Part shown: positions 62,907 to 64,000 of the stretch, piece by piece
Layout of the letters: each line of letters starts with the position of its first letter
Position numbering within the stretch: the first letter of the stretch is position 1
Assembly (NCBI GenBank): GCA_963822965.1
Contig: CAWGJT010000010.1
Coordinates: forward strand, 1,056,001-1,120,000
Length of the DNA stretch: 64,000 bases
DNA from: an uncultured delta proteobacterium
Lineage (GTDB): Bacteria; Myxococcota_A; UBA9160; UBA4427
Direction: 5' to 3'
Notes under the pieces: generated by a model
Told to the model about the DNA's origin: nothing
Database searches by the model: none
Seen by the model: the letters and a program-made list of their open reading frames with translations, nothing else
Translations under genes and position numbers: made by a program

Positions 62907-64000
62907 CCGCCGCCGCTCGCGCAGCACCTGCAGCACCTCGGCGGCCGCCTTCGGGATCGCGGGTGCCCGGACCGAACACCGCGGCCACGCCCTGCTCGCG
63001 CAGGAACGCGTAGTCGCGGGGCGGGATGATGCCGCCCACCACCACGGCGATGTTGCCGGCGCCTTCGGCCCGCAGCGCGTCGACCAGCTCGGGCACGAGG
63101 GTCTTGTGGCCGGCCGCCTGGCTCGACACGCCCACCACGTGGACGTCGTTCTCGACCGCCTGGCGCGCGGCCTCCTCGGGCGTCTGGAAGAGCGGACCGA
63201 CGTCCACGTCGAAGCCGAGGTCGGCGAAGGCGGTGGCGATCACCTTCATGCCGCGGTCGTGGCCGTCCTGGCCGAGCTTCACGACCAGCATGCGCGGGCG
63301 GCGCCCCTCCTCCTCGGCGAAGGCTGCGACGTCCGCGGACACCGCGCTCGAAGTCCGCGTCGCCCTGGTAGCACGCGCTCGTACACGCCCGAGACCGAGC
63401 GGATCTCCGCGCGATGGCGCGTGTAGACCTTCTCGAGCGCGTCGGAGATCTCGCCCACGGTCGCCCGCGCCCGCGCCGCCTCGACCGCCGCCTCGAGCAG
63501 GTTGCCCTCGCCCGCTGCGCGCCAGCTCGCGTCGAGTCGCGCCAGCGCCTTCTCGACCGCGCCGGCGTCGCGCTCGCGCGCGGATCTCGCTCGAGTCGCT
63601 TCACCTGGGACTCGCGCACGGCGCTGTTGTCGATGTCGCGGACGTCGATCACGGGCTCCTCGTCGAGCGCGGTACTTGTTGACGCCGACGATCACGTCCT
63701 CGCCGCTGTCGATCCGCGCCTGGCGGCGCGTCGCGCACTCCTCGATGCGCAGCTTCGGCATGCCGGCTTGATGATCGCCTGGGTCATGCCGCCGAGCGCT
63801 TCGACCTCGTCGATCAGCTCGTTGGCGCGCCTGGTAGCACGCTCTCGGTCAGGCGACTCCATGAAGTAGGAGCCGCCCCAGGGATCGATCACCGCGGGAA
63901 TGCCCGTCTCCTCCTGCAGGATCAGCTGGGTGTTGCGCGCGACGCGGGCGGCCGTGTCCGTCGGCAGGCTCACCGCCTCGTCGTAGCCGTTCGTGTGCAG
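62903..64000 (-). CDS. scpA: Methylmalonyl-CoA mutase, 3' part (apparent frameshifts; runs off the window)
   Basis: [57 protein letters not shown]. Confidence 0.94.

Overview
A 64 kb, very GC-rich bacterial chromosome segment. A Myxococcota-like deltaproteobacterium is inferred from an AUC-start infC with a C-terminal extension, an MglA-like GTPase and DUF4388/cNMP signalling proteins. The left half holds metabolic and envelope genes: an HhH protein + putative arginine synthetase + carbamate kinase operon, apt, LysM-M23 peptidase, two FN3-led secreted proteins, fused trpE(G), a sulfotransferase/glycosyltransferase cluster, pit, GST, desaturase and MocR. The right half holds core genes: tRNA-Pro, tRNA-Val, thrS-infC-rpmI-rplT-ihfA-merR without pheST, dnaE, guaAB, miaB, coxDE-like, ribBA, mglA-like, meaB and mutase. 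Blocks 25.2-27.7 kb, 40.8-50.9 kb and 55-64 kb are full of single-base indels, best explained as sequencing error. Most notable: (1) a trp attenuator whose leader-peptide ORF contains about ten tandem 24-bp repeats, each able to pair with the terminator 5' arm; (2) an orphan, structured ~150-nt sRNA candidate with its own promoter and terminator; (3) two MITE-like families at stop codons or CTAG sites; (4) a three-gene signalling operon built largely from degenerate domains.
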